From: Cyanophora paradoxa CCMP329
Lineage: Eukaryota; Plantae; Glaucophyta
Assembly (NCBI GenBank): GCA_004431415.1
Contig: QPMI01000638.1
Location: 62,001-126,000, forward strand
DNA: 64,000 bases
Direction of reading: 5' to 3'
The notes below the pieces were generated by a model. The model saw only the letters and a list, made by a program, of their open reading frames with translations. It did no database searches and had not been told where the DNA came from. The translations under genes and the position numbers were made by a program. Of this stretch, positions 25,673 through 38,338 are shown piece by piece (the first letter of the stretch is position 1; the number at the start of each line of letters is the position of its first letter).

Positions 25673-28600
25673 TCACGGGCCCGTGATGTTCGAGGGGTCG
25701 CCTGCAGCGGAGAGCGCGTGAGGGGAGGGGCGGGGGCGAGGGGGCGCGCGGCGGGAAGGGCACCGGGGATGAGGTACATGGAGAGGTGCTTGGCGTTCTG
25801 GCGCAGGTGCCTCAGCAGCGCCTCCTCCACCACCTGCGCCCCGCCGTGAGGGGCGGCGCCGCGGGGCCCGGGCCGGGGGTCGGGGCCGGGGGGCGGGGGC
25901 GGGCCTTGCGGGAGGCCTTGGGGAGGGAGGCGGTAAAGTCGGCGCGGCGCTGCGCGGAGAGGTGCCCCGCGGCGTCGAGCTCCGCCGCCACGTCCTTGCG
26001 CAGCGCGTGCATGTCCTGCCCCCGCCGGCGGCCCTCGGAGGGGGCCCCCGCCGGGGCGCGGGGCGGGGGCGGGGGCGGGGCGGACGGGCTCGGCGGCGAG
26101 CTCCTCCTGGACGCGGCGGCGGAACTCGCCCCAGCGGTCGTGGTACTGCCCGAACGACCACGTCTCCCGCAGGAAGCTGCCCCCCGCACTCAGCGCCGCG
26201 CGGGGCGGGCCGGGCGGGGCGGGGCGGGGCGGGGGCGCGCTGTATGAAGTCGGGGATGAGGCCCTCGTCGTAGCGCTGCTCCACCCGGTTCAGGTAGCCG
26301 GCTGCCGAGGTGTGAGGGGCCGGGCCGGGGCGGGGCGGGGCGGAGGGGGCCGGACCGGGGATGCCGTAGAGGGAGAGGAGGTTCTGGAACTCGACCGGCT
26401 CGCGCCCTGTGTACGTGATCGACTCCACGCACCCGTACTGCCCGCCCCGTCAGCCCCCCGGGGCGGGCCCCGGGGGCAGGCGGGGCGGGCGCGCCTGGTC
26501 GACGTGCATGCGGAAGTAGTCGACGCCGTCGACGTCCGTCACGAGGTCCCGCCCCTGCGCCCGCCTCGCGCCGGGCGGCGGGGCGGGGCCGGGGCGGGGG
26601 CCCGGGGGCGCACGTAGGACTTGTCGGCCTGGGCCTCGACGAGGGGCCGCGGGCGCTCGGGCGACTCGAAGTGGAAGTAGTGGAGGGCGCCTGCGCGCCG
26701 CTCGAGGCCGCCTCGGCCGGCGCGGGCGGGGGGCGCGGGGGGCGCACCGGGGAGGACGCCGCCGGAGGCCTTGGGCTCCGAGAAGACCGGCAGCTCCATG
26801 AACTCGTCCCCCGTCACCTGCCGCCCCGCCCGCCCCGCCCCCGTCAGCCGCGGCCGCCGAGGGGCCGGCGGGGGCCCGCGCACGACGGCCGAGGCCTCGG
26901 AGAGGGGCGCCGGGGGCGCCCCCTCCTCGCCCGACTCCGGGTCGAGCAGCGAGAGCACGATCCCCGCCAGCTGCGCCCCGCCCGCTCGCCGCCTCCCCCG
27001 CGAACGAGAGCGCGGGGCCGCACGTGGGTCCCGACGTGGCGCGAGTTCGCGTACTGCAGCGGGTGCTTCGCGCGGTACTTACGCGCGAACTGCGCGGCGC
27101 GTGAGACGGCGGGAGACGGGGGCCGGGGCCGGGGGCGCGGGCCTTGACGCCGGGCCCGGCGGCGAAGATGGCGGGGTCGTTGGTGAGGAACTTGTGGGTG
27201 ACCACGAGCCGCCCGTCGTACACCAGGCTGCGCGCGCCCCGCCCGCTGCGGCCGGCGCGACCTGGCGGGGCGGCGGGGCGGGGGCACCTGTTCTCGTTGA
27301 GGGCGGCGAAGATGTCGGGGTCCACGTCCGGCGTGTCGCAGCAGACCAGCAGCCGGCACGCCACCCACTGCCAGGCCCCGCGCTCAGCTGGGGCGAGGCG
27401 GCGGGCCGGCGGGGGGAGGGGCGGGGGCCGAGGGGACCTGCATCTCGCCCTCGGCGTCGGGCGGGCTCCCCTCGGGGGGCGCCGCGCGCAGGACGAGGGC
27501 GGAGAGGGCGCCGTCCTCGCCCCCCTCGACGTTCGCCAGCGTGAAGTTGTCGTGCACCTGCCCCGCCCCCCGCTCCAGCGCGGCCGGCCAGGCGCCCCGC
27601 CGGCCCCGCGCACCTGGATCCCCTCCCCCTCGAGGGCGGCCGCCACCTGGGCCTCCACCCGCGGGTTGTTGAAGCAGCTCGCCCGCTGGTCCGCCGGCCG
27701 CGGGGGCCGCACCTGGGGGCGGGTGAGGGGGAGGGCGGGGGCCGGGGCGGGGGCGACGCGGGGGCGCGCCAGGACGATGCGGGAGGGGGCGACGCCGGAG
27801 GCCATGAGGCCCTCGACGGCGCAGTAGGCCGAGAGCGTCGCCCCGTACACCACCGCCATCCCCCACCTGCCCGCCCCCCGCCTCAGCGGCCGCCGGGCGG
27901 GGCGGGGGCGGGGCGGGGAGGCGGGCCCGCGGAGGAAGTGGGCGGGGAGGTGCTCGCGCAGCGCCCGCACGGAGCGCTCGTTCGAGAGGGAGAAGACGCC
28001 GCGCATCGCCCCCGCCCCCGCCTGCCCCGGCCTCAGCGCCTCGCGCCCCGCGCGGGCCGCGCTCGCCGCTCGGGTCGGACCTCGGGGGCGAGGCGGGCGA
28101 GGGACTGGTCCTGGAGGCCCGTGGTGACGACGAGGTAGTCGTAGGGGAGGAGGAAGCCCGAGGAGAGGGCGAGGGTCCGCCGCCCCCGGTCCATGTCCAC
28201 CACCTTCCCGTCGAACACCCGCACCTGCCGCCCCCGCCCCCCTTCAGGGCCCCCCCGCAGCGCCGGCCGAGAGAGCGCGCGCGCGCACCTTGGACTCGAG
28301 GGCGAGCTGCGCGTACTCGAGGCGCGTGAAGCAGTGCGACGTCGAGACGAACGACGGCTGCCCGCCCCGCCCCCGCCCCCTCGGCCCGGGCGGCCCGGCG
28401 CGGCGCGGGCGGGGCGGGGGCCGGCGGACCTCGCCGGGGGCCGGCCCTCGGGAGCCCGCCCGGGAGACCAGCGTGAGGCTCGTGAAGCGCAGGTAGGGCA
28501 CGAAGCTCTGCCCGCCGGCGCGGCGGCGGGGCGGGGGCGCGCGTGGGCGGGGGGCGCGTGGGACGGGCAGGCGGGGCGGGCGGGGCCGGACGAGGGACTC

Positions 28601-31600
28601 GAGGAAGGAGACGCCGGTGTCGGAGGCGCCGACGACGACGAGCCGCGCGTTCACCGCCGTCTTCCGCTCCGTCACCTGCCCCCCGGGGCCTCAGCGCGCG
28701 GGTCGGGGCGGGGCCGGGGCGGGGCGGGGCGGGCCATCTTGCGGGTGAGGAAGTGGAGGGCAAAGGCCTCCCCCTCGGCCTGCCCCGGGACCTGCACCCT
28801 GCCCCGCGCGCCTCAGCGGGGCCGGGGAGGGGCGGGCGCGGGGCCGCGCACTGGCGGCGGGGCCGGACTTGGATGAGCTGGGGGAGGACGCTGGGGTTCG
28901 TCGCCCCGGGGTGCTCCTTGTAGTAGAGCGCCGACTTGCGGCTCTTGCGGAAGATCTCCTTGAAGAAGGCCCGCGAGTGGGCCGGCCCCGAGAAGAGCGG
29001 GTTGAAGAGGGAGCTCGCCAGGTAGGCGTGGTTCGCCGCCACGTACTGCGCCCCGGGCCCGTCAGCCAGCCGAACCCGCACCCGCCCCATCCCAGCCTCT
29101 TCGGAGCCTGTAAGAGTGCTCGACCCCGATTTGCACGTCCTATCTATCAGCTCGCCGGCGGGGCGGGCAGGGCCGGGGCCGGGGCTCGCGGGGGCGGGGC
29201 GGGGCGGGGGAGCGGCGGACCTGGCGGAAGTCGATGAAGCGCTGGAGCTCGTAGCGGCCCTTGAGCTCCTCCACGTCGCGCCCCGCCTCGGCGTCCAGCA
29301 CGGCGAGGGCCACCACCTGGCCCCGCGAGAGCCCCAACCACGCCGTCCGCGCCCCGCCCGCCTGCCCCACCGCCCCCTCCACTGCCCCCTCCACCGCCTC
29401 CCGCTCCTCGTCCTGCGCCCCCCTCAGCAGCCGCCCTCGTGCGGCCGCCTAGCTGAAGACGATCTCTTCGACGGCGCTGCCTCTTGTGGGACGAGAGGCG
29501 GTGGTTCTGGGTGGGCGGGGCGGGGGCGGGGCGGGGCGCACGTCGAGGCCGAGGGCGAGGCGGCGGACGCCCTCGATGTCGGCGGCGGCCGCCTGCCGCA
29601 CCTCCTCCATCGGCCGCAGCGCCTGCCGGCTCGCCAGGTACAGCACGTGCCTGCTCGGCAGCGTCGCGCCGCGCCGGGCCGCCCCGGGCCGGCGCCGGCG
29701 GGGCGGAGGCGCACGCGAAGGTGGAGGAGACGCGGGGCTCGACGGGGTCGAGGTGGAGCAGCAAGGGGAACTCCGCCGAGGCGTGCGGCAGCGTCAGCAC
29801 CATGTAGTCGCGGCCGCCGTACAGCCCGAATGCCGCCTGCGGGGGCCCCGCCGCCGGGTCAGCCACAGGCCGGGAGGCGGCGCGGGGGCGGCCCGGGGCG
29901 GGCGGGGGCGCCTGGATGAACTCGGCGGAGCGGGACTCGTAGCGCGCGTCGATGCAGAAGAGGGTCACCCGGAAGGCGTTCCCCTCCCCCAGCACCTGGC
30001 CCCCCGCCCCGTCACCCCCCGCCGCCCCCGCCACCCGAGCCGGCCCCCCGCGGCGGGTGCGCACGACGTGCACGGTTGGGTCCTCGAAGGTCACGCCCTG
30101 CGCGCTGACCCCCAGCGAGCGCTCCAGCTCCGCCTCCGCCTCCTCCTCCTCCTCCTCCTCCGCAGCCACCGCCTCCGCGCCATCGCCCTCGGCCGCCGGG
30201 GCGCCCTCCGGGTGCGCCTCAGCCGGAGCCGGCGCGGCGTCGGCCGGCGCGGCGGCGGAGGCCTCCTCGCCCTTGCCGGAGCGGGAAGAGCGGGCGGAGC
30301 GGTCGGCGGCGAGCTTCTCCTGGGCGGCCTTCTCGAGGGCAGCGAGGCGGGCGGCCTTGGCGGCGAGGCGCTCCCTGCGGCGCCGGCGGCGCTCGGCGCG
30401 GTCGCGGAAGGCGGCGAGGGCCTCCTCCCGCTGCGCCTCCGTCAGCTTCACCAGCGAGTCGTACGGCTCCAGCACGAAGCCCTGCTGCAGCAGCTGCACG
30501 TCGAGCTGCGCGCCCCCGCCTCAGCGCGCGCCACGGGGGGGCGGCGGGGCGGGGGCGGGGGCCTGGGAGGTGAGGGCCATGAGGCCGACGGCGCGGCCGT
30601 TGACCTCGGCGACGAGCGCGCGGTTCTCCTCGTCCTGGCTCTCGATGAGCGACGCCAGGAAAAACTCCCCGTACCTGCCCCGTCTCAGAGGCCTGTGCGC
30701 CCCGCGCGTCGCGGGGCCGGCGGGGCGGCGCGGCGGCGCCCACCGCTCCGTGAGGACCTCGCTCTGCGAGTTGAAGATGGGCACCAGGTCGTCGTGGTCC
30801 TCCACTCGCGCCGTCCGGATCTTCACCGGCGCCACGAAGTACTGGGGCAGAAGGGGTCACCGGCTGGCGTCGCGTGCCCCGCGCGCCCGGCGGGGGGTGC
30901 GCCCACCGAGCTGCGGATGTCGAAGACGGAGTAGACGGCGCCGTCCTCCCCGGCCTTGTCGCTCGCCGGCACCTCCTCCGCCATCTTCTGCGGGGGACTC
31001 AGGGGGCGCGGCGGGGGTGCCGGGTCGCGCGGCGGGCCTCGAAGGGGTAGAAGGGCATCTGCTGGTACCGCGTCAAGACCAGGCAGTGGGCCACGTCCGT
31101 GAGGGTCGTGAAGAGGGTGCGGAGGACGAGGTCGCCCGCCGCCGGCTCCACGCTCACGTCCGCCACGAAGTAGGCGAGCCACATGGAGTTGTGGACCTGC
31201 CGCCGGCGGCGCGGCTCGGGCAGGGCGCAGCACAGGACGCTGGCGCGCTGGCCGGGGCGCACATTGATCTCCGGCTGGCCGAAGACGCGGCCGAACCAAG
31301 TCTCCCACTCGGGCCCGCTTGTGACCGCCTCCGCGACAGCGAGGCCCGGGTAGTCCGTGAAGGCAGCGAACGCGCACACGTTACCGTTCATATCCAGGAC
31401 CGTGAGGGAGAGCAGCGCATTCTCGCTGCGCACGGCGGCGAGGCGCTCGTTAAGCAGTTCAAGACGAGCAGGCTGCTGGCGGCTGTAGCTAACGGCTCCG
31501 TGAGTGCAGATGGGCTCACATGAGGTAGCCTAGGTTCTCTACGCCGTAGCGCGACTTGAGCACGATGGCATCGTCCGCCACGAGGGAGGCGACGGATGCC

Positions 31601-31653
31601 TCGTCCTCGACCTCGGCCCGCCGCACAGTGAGGCCGCTCCCTTCGGCGGCCAT
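25673..31653 (-). CDS. CFAP61: Cilia- and flagella-associated protein 61
   Basis: N-terminus ENALLSLTVLD...AFAAFTDYP, IRTARVEDHDDLVPIFNSQSE...YGEFFLASLIE, NAFRVTLFCIDARYESRS, Rossmann-like NARLVVVGASDTGVSFLESL, LVYDGRLVV...TNDPAIFAAG, YLNRVEQRYDEGLIPDF. Confidence 0.88.
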
Positions 31654-31752
31654 CGCTAGGCGCTTGCTTGCTGCGACTTCCTTGTTGCGGCCGGCTTTAA
31701 AACAAATAACGTACTCCCCTTAGCGCGCCGGCCGCCTCCGCCAATCTTCAGG

Positions 31753-33713
31753 ATGGCGTGGCTGTTCAACAGCACCAGCGAGTCGGATAACTTGAAAGTG
31801 AGCATCCCCGCATGCCGGCGCCCTAGCTGCCATTTTCATACAATCCGGCACACGCCGCTGCGTCGCCGTCCGCGGACCCTGAGTACTAGGCTAATCTCTC
31901 GCAGTAATTGGATTCGAATAGCGCGTATAGCGCGCAGAACCCACACACGCGTATAGCGCGTGGAACCCAGACGCGCGCTCGCAGACTGCGCGCTCGATGG
32001 TGGAGAAGCTGATTCAGGAGAATGAGGCTCTTAAGCAACAAATAGCGGATCTGCAGGCCAAGGCGAAAAGCGCGGAAGCGGCGTCGTCCGCCCTTGCTGA
32101 GAAGGACAAGGAGATCGCACGGCTTAGGCAGGAAAAAAAGGATTCCGAGCTAAGCTTCTTAGACGCAAGTAAAACAAGTAAGCTCTACGCGAGCCACGCC
32201 ACGCACGCCTCACCGCGCCCAGCTGACGCCGGACTGCCGCAGAAAATGCTCAGATTGTAGGACTGAAGAAGAAGTTGCGCGCAGCGCGCGACGTGATGGA
32301 CGTCGATGAAGAGATCAAGATTGTCTTGGAGAAAGTTAGCTCGCTGCGTTGCCAATCGCCGCCCGCTCCTCAGCGTCGCCGCGTCCGCAGCTTCACGCCG
32401 CACGGAAGTACGTCTCCGACGACGGGCCGTCACGCCCGCTGGTGATTGCGGGTCCCTCGGTGCGTCCCCATCCCAGTACTCATGTGCGTCTTGCTGAATC
32501 CATTCTCCTTTTACTAGGGCGTCGGCAAGGTTGGTCTCCTGGGCGTGGGGAATGGGTGCGAGCGGGGGATGACTCGCGCTACCCCCCCCCCCCCCCCCCG
32601 TCTCCCTCCCCCCCGGCGCCCCCCTTCACAGGGCACTCTCATCGATAAGCTCATGAAGGCCGATCCCGACGTTCGCATGCCTTTCCCTGCGCCTCGCGTA
32701 CCACTCTAATGTGGCGCCGGGCTGGTGCAGCGCTTTGGCTTCTCTGTTTCGCACACCACGCGGCAGCCACGGCAGGGCGAGCAGGTGCACATTCTCTGCT
32801 CTTCCAGCCCGCCCCCCGCATCCTGCGGCCCCAACATTCTCGAAACCGTAGCACGGGGTCAACTACTTTTTCGTTTCCAAAGACGACTTTGAGCGCGTGC
32901 GCCTCAGCCCGAGCGGGTCACCCGGACCGCACACTGCCCCCCCCTTCCTGCTAACCGGGGCCTCACCGCAGCAAAAGCCGGAAATGGTGGAGTGCGCGCC
33001 GTCATTCGCTCGCTTCGCTGGCCAATTTATAGCACTTCTTTCCATGCTCAAGCGCTGGCTATGCGCAGGTGGGCGGAGGTTCACGGGCGACTCTACGGCA
33101 CCAGCGTCCAGGCCGTCAAGGTGTGGGGCCCGCGGAAACCATTGGAGAGGGCGTAATCCATGCGCGCTGCAGGATGTGCTAGCGCAGGGCCGCGTGTGCA
33201 TCCTGGATATAGGTCCGAGCTCCACACGCGTTCCTTTCGGGCACTGAGACTCGAGTCCCCCGCAGACGTACAGGGGGCCGAGTCTGTGCGGCGCTCGGGG
33301 CTTGACCCCTGCACCGTCTTCATCGCACCGCCCTCGATGGCAGAGCTCGAGCGCCGGCTTCGCGGCCGGTGTGGCCTGCCCGGTGTGCCAGTCGCGTGCT
33401 CTAACGCCCCACAGGGGCACCGAGACGGAAGATCAGGTCCGAGAGAGGCTCGAGAATGCCGCAAAAGAGATGGAGGTGCCTCCTCGCTCCCTCACGAGGG
33501 ACTCTTTGTGCCGCTAGTGCGATCCCCCCGTCGCAGGCATCACAACGCCCCGGACTCTTCGACCATATCGTCGTCAACGACAAGTGAGTTCTTGCGCCAT
33601 CTACATGTTTTCTCGCAGCTCTATCTCGGTCTGTCGCCTGACACTGCGATTCCGCGCCGCGTAGCCTGGAGGACACCCTCCGGCAGCTGAAGGCCATCGC
33701 ATCGTCCTTGTGA
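31753..33713 (+). CDS. GUK1: Guanylate kinase with N-terminal coiled coil
   Basis: RPLVIAGPS|GVGK|GTLI, FGFSVSHTTRQPR, AEVHGRLYGTS, CILDIDVQG, VFIAPPSMAELERRLRGRGTE, FDHIVVND. The first exon MAWLFNSTSESDNLK is inferred; an alternative start is 31997. Confidence 0.9.
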
Positions 33714-34350
33714 GCGCCAGCGTCGCTAGGCTCGCCTGCGCAGACACACGCATACGCGAGCCGCTGATTTGCGTGAATTCGATCTATCGATTATGAAGCT
33801 TGCGCTTGATAACACAGGCAGAGATTACGCAAGAGCTAGCTGCGCAATGCCATAGCTACCCTCCGGGACGATGTGTGAGTGCGAGCCGCTGAGCCACTGG
33901 TCCTGGGCCAGATCTAGACTCTGAGAGAGGAGTGAGAGGGACCCCGGGCCAGGATCGATATTATCACATGTATCTCAGAGTCTGGGGGACCTCGATCGAC
34001 TCGGCGAGGGCCCGCGGCCCGCGGGGCCTTGGGGAGCTACTATGGCTAGAGGCGTCAATTGCAGCGCCACGTACGCACACACACGTACAGCCACACGTAC
34101 GCGTGCACGGTCAGCGGCTGGGCCAGGATGGCCGTGGTGCCCGAACAGCGGTCACACACGCGTACGCGCGCGCACATGCAGAGACATGTATGCATGCGCA
34201 TGCGCAGGGCGTGCCGCCCCGGCAGCCGCCGCCGAGGGGGGGTATGCAGTGGGGGGTATACAGTCCCCTGATCGAAGGAGCGGCTTGAGCAAGCGGCCCC
34301 GCGGGCGGGCAAAACAGTGTGTGTGTGGGGCTCTGCCCCTGTCTGGGGCT

Positions 34351-35752
34351 ATGGTCGAGGGCGGCGGGTTCGGTCTCTCAGTCGCTCAACCGGGACCCAG
34401 CCAGAGCGGCAGCGTCTTAGAACCGCTCGACCCGGAATCGGAGGCGAAGCTGATTCCGTTGCTTTCTAACATCCTTGAACGCATCATAGCAAGGAACGAC
34501 AAGGTGCCCCGCCCACCAGCCGCTCGCCGCGCGCGGCCGGTTGACACCACGGTCTCGGTCCGTTGGCGGGCGTGGCGGCGGGTGTGCGCAGCTTGCAGTT
34601 CATACGAAGCTTACAGCGTTCCATGCCAAATTCACCCCCAACATCGGCGTCCAGGTGAGGATCATCTCGGGCGGCTAGCAATCCGCGTGGCTGCGGGGCG
34701 GCTCGCTGGATAGTTTCGTGCGGTCGTAACGACTCACATATTCGCTGTCGATGTCGTGCGCAGGCATATCTGGAGCGTATCGCGAAATATGCATCATGCA
34801 GTTCGGCTTGCTTCATTATGGCGCTTATCTACATCGATCGAATCATGCAACGAGAGAAAACGTTCATTATAACGAGCCTCAACGTGCACAGGCTAATTGT
34901 GACCGCTGTGAGTCACATGTGCCGCCCCTTCTTGCGCAGCGTCCTGATTGTGCGCTTTGCAGGTGATGGTTGCGGCAAAGTTCATGGACGATCTATATTA
35001 CAATAACAACTATTGTAAGTCCTGGATCGGAACCTGTCTTTCGTTTTGGCTAGCGTGCGGATCTTGGGGCCTTGGCCGGTCTCTGCTGGCGACCTGCGCA
35101 GCATAGCAAAGGATACGTGCCGATTCTTTTCTCACCTTCTTGATCGACGCAGGGAGCAAGATCGGTGGCGTTTCCTGCGCCGAATTGAACTCCTTGGAAC
35201 TAGATTTCCTTTTTATGGTTGATTTTGAATTAAACGTCCAGCCGGAGGTTCGGGATTCCCTGAGCATTTATTTGGTCGCCCTTGTCTAAGCAATGTTTCG
35301 TGCAGGTCTTCCGGGAATATGTCCGGTGAGCTGCGCATCGGCGGGGTGTGTGGGGGGGCCACCAGCACACATCCGCTAGCGCCCGCAGCCATTTGCCGCC
35401 GTCAACCTCGCCCGTTGCATCCGCTATTGTCTTGCGGAGTGAAAGCGCGTTACCAGTGGTTTCCGCCAGCTTCACTATCTGTCAAATCTCCTACCTGTTG
35501 CACGGCCAACTAGCCCCTCTTCACGGAATATCATTCTGCGCTTTGCCGCCCCCACCTGCTGTGTCGCTTCCGTCCTCATCGTACGAAGTCTCTGATCGCT
35601 GCTCGTCCCGCAGAGCTGTTTTCTCGGAGTCCGGAGACGGGCAAAGGCAAGGCGCCTACGCCCCATCAGGGTTGAAGCAGAACCCTGTCCTCGGCTACGC
35701 GGCAAGTCCAAAATCAGCGCAGAATGGCGATGATCACATGGTCTGCGCCTAG
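34351..35752 (+). CDS. PHO80/P-type (cyclin U) cyclin
   Basis: [27 protein letters not shown]...[11 protein letters not shown]|[15 protein letters not shown]...[19 protein letters not shown]. Confidence 0.9.
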
Positions 35753-36144
35753 TCTTGCGCGCCGCCATCGCTCCCTAGACCTCGTCTGGCCCCCTCCAGC
35801 GCCCTGCCCCGGCGGCAGGTCGCGGGCTGCTTTTCCTTCCGTTTTTCCCGCATTTCTGTCGTGTAGGTATGCTAGAGTTTTGTGTACGCAGGTGCCAATT
35901 CAATAACTTTAAAATGCTGCAAATCATGGGAGGATTCGCTTCTGAAATATCAATCTTCCCTAGAAGCCCATTAGCAAAGCATTTTGCTGATCATAATGAC
36001 ATATTGTTATGGTACGGATACGTGTGAACATACGTAGCTCCTAACAGTCGGGGTGGGGGATGAGAGCCTCGGAGCCGAATTCATAACGTTGTGGGAGGGC
36101 AGGGATTGGAAGAAAGAGAGGGCGGGGCAGCGGGGCACGGAGGC

Positions 36145-38222
36145 CTACGTCCGGGCGGCGATGGGCGGCTCGCTCTTTAGGTACCTGAAGCAGAGGCCGC
36201 TCAACGCCGGGGCGGGCGGGGGCCCTACAGAGCTCAAGGGCGCACCGCAGGCCAAACGAGAGGAGGCGCTTGTTGTCGAGGGCGCGGCCGTATTCCGTGG
36301 GGGCGCCGAGGGTCACGGAGACAAGGCGCACGCCGCCCTGCTCCGCGGAGGCGGCGAGGCAGAAGCCGGCCGCGTTCGTGAAGCCAGTCTTGATACCGTC
36401 CGCGTTCAGCGAGCGCGTGTACAGCATCGGGTTGCGATTCGTCTGCAACACTGTCAGGAGCAGAGCCTCTCGGGGGATGGAGGGGTCGGGTGCGCCTGCG
36501 TGATGCCGTTCCACGTGAAGATTCGCACGGAGCAGAGCTTGTACGTGTTCGGGTACCGGTAGATGAGGGCGCGCGCCTGCAGCCCGGTCAGCAGCGCGCG
36601 GCCTCTGGATGGGGCAGGGCGGGGCGCGCCAGGACGGCCATGTCACGGGCGGTGGTGTAGTGGTTGTCGACTGGAAGGCCGTGCACGTTGGAGAAGTGCG
36701 TCCGCCGCATCCCCTGCGGTCCCCCGCCCATCAGCATCCGAGGCATTCGGCCCCGAGGAATCAGGCGGGCGCACCAGCTTAGCGGCCTCCTGGTTCATCA
36801 TCTGCACGAAGTTTTCCTCGCTGCCGCCGATGTGCTCCGCCATTGCCACGCATGCATCGTTCGCCGAGACCTGCCGCACCTCCCCTCAGCGCCCGCCCGC
36901 CCGCTCGTCCGCCCGCCCGCCCGCAGGACGGCGCCGGCACCGCCATGATGCCGGTGAGGAGGTCCTTGACGGGGACGAGCTCGCCCAGGCCCAGGAACAT
37001 TTTCGAGCCGCCCATCGTCCAGGCCTTCTGGCTCACCTGCGCCCGCGCCTCGTCTGGGCGGCCCGGGCGGAGGGGGTGGGGGAGGGGGAGAGAGAGGGGG
37101 GGGGGGGGGAAGAGTGTGTGTGTGTGTTGGGGAGGGGGGGGGGGAGGAGGAAGGGTGCGAAGGGAGGGGTGGGGGTGGGTGGAGGAGGAGGAGGGGAAGG
37201 GGGTGGGGGGAGGGGAGAGGTGGGTGGACGGATGGGCGGCGGCGGGGCGCACCGTGACGAGGTCGTTCAGCTTCAACGTGCCGTCCGCCAGCTTCGTCGA
37301 GATGACGTACGCCGTCATCATCTTCGTGAGGCTGCGGCCGCGCTGAGGCGGAGGCGGAGACCACCGAGGCGGGCGGCTGCGGCGGGGGGCACCTTGCCGG
37401 TTCCATCCGCACGTGCGGATTGATCTTTATGAGAAGCTTCCCCGTCTTACAATCCATGAGCACGATGCCGCGGCTGCGCGGCAATCAACAAGCAGGGTCA
37501 GAGCATGGGCGGGGTAGGGGCGGCGGAAGTGGAGATGGGGCAAAAGGGATGGAACTGGGACGCTTCACGGGGTGGGTGGGTGGGTGACGGGCATGCCATC
37601 CAATGCACACCTGGCGATAGGAACATCTGGCAAGCCGATCTTGCCGCGTGTCATAGTTAGGGCGCGCGCGGAGCACTGGTCACGCAGCGACAGCCGAACC
37701 TCGAGCTCTTTCTCCATCGCTGGAATTGCCGTCGCCGCGGCACCGCCTGCACGCCACCTGCTTCCGTTGTTCCGGTTCTTTGCGAAGGGCCCGATAAATG
37801 CGGCGCGCTGGAGGGGGCGTGGGATCAGACGCAGGACGGGCGCAGCGCTGCTTCTGCACAAAACGGAGTCGATGCACCTCCAGCGCAGCTCCACTGCTCC
37901 CAGAAGCGGCGCATGCTGTTCGCAGGGAGCGGTGAGCAGACTCCTGCAACCGATCGATAACGGGGTCCCCCGAAGGCGCACGTTCTTTTATCCGATCGCT
38001 CGCCTGCTGTGAGATGCACTGCCCCGCGGCGCTCTTCGTGGAGGCGTGCGCTGGCCGCATCGGAGCTACGCTCGACATGAGGGAGATGAGAGGGACGACC
38101 GCTCGCATGACGGAAAGCTTCGCCCGCGTGCTCGCGCTGTCAGGGCTCGGCCGCTCGAAGCGCTCTGGGTCGCCGACGGTGAACGCGAGCGGCGTGACTT
38201 GATGCGGGCGGTGCACCGTCAT
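36145..38222 (-). CDS. dacA: D-alanyl-D-alanine carboxypeptidase (peptidase S11, PBP5/DacA family), intron-containing
   Basis: SxxK (EPAS|LTKMMTAYV, with the Ser codon split by an intron), SxN (VSANDACVAMAEHIGGSE), HFSNVHGL, TTARDMA and KTG (DGIKTGFTNAAGFCL). The spliced end FGLRYLKSEPPIAART* is at 36145. It has a long N-terminal extension and the start is uncertain. Confidence 0.92.
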
Positions 38223-38338
38223 CTCGAGCGGAGCAAATGAACACAGGTGCCTCAGTCACTCTCTCGCGACTGTCGTTCACTCTCCGGACCGGCGCCGAGT
38301 CGTGCAGAAACGAAGAGCGCAGGCGGAGAGTGACCGGG

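Noticed and set aside
14400-31500. Many very long Arg/Gly/Ala/Pro-rich ORFs on both strands (up to 1424 aa)
   Set aside because: These are shadow ORFs caused by extreme GC content. The real coding frames are the spliced Sfi1-like and CFAP61 genes.
36145-38222. Bacterial contamination explaining dacA
   Set aside because: The gene has multiple host-style spliceosomal introns and is flanked by eukaryotic genes.
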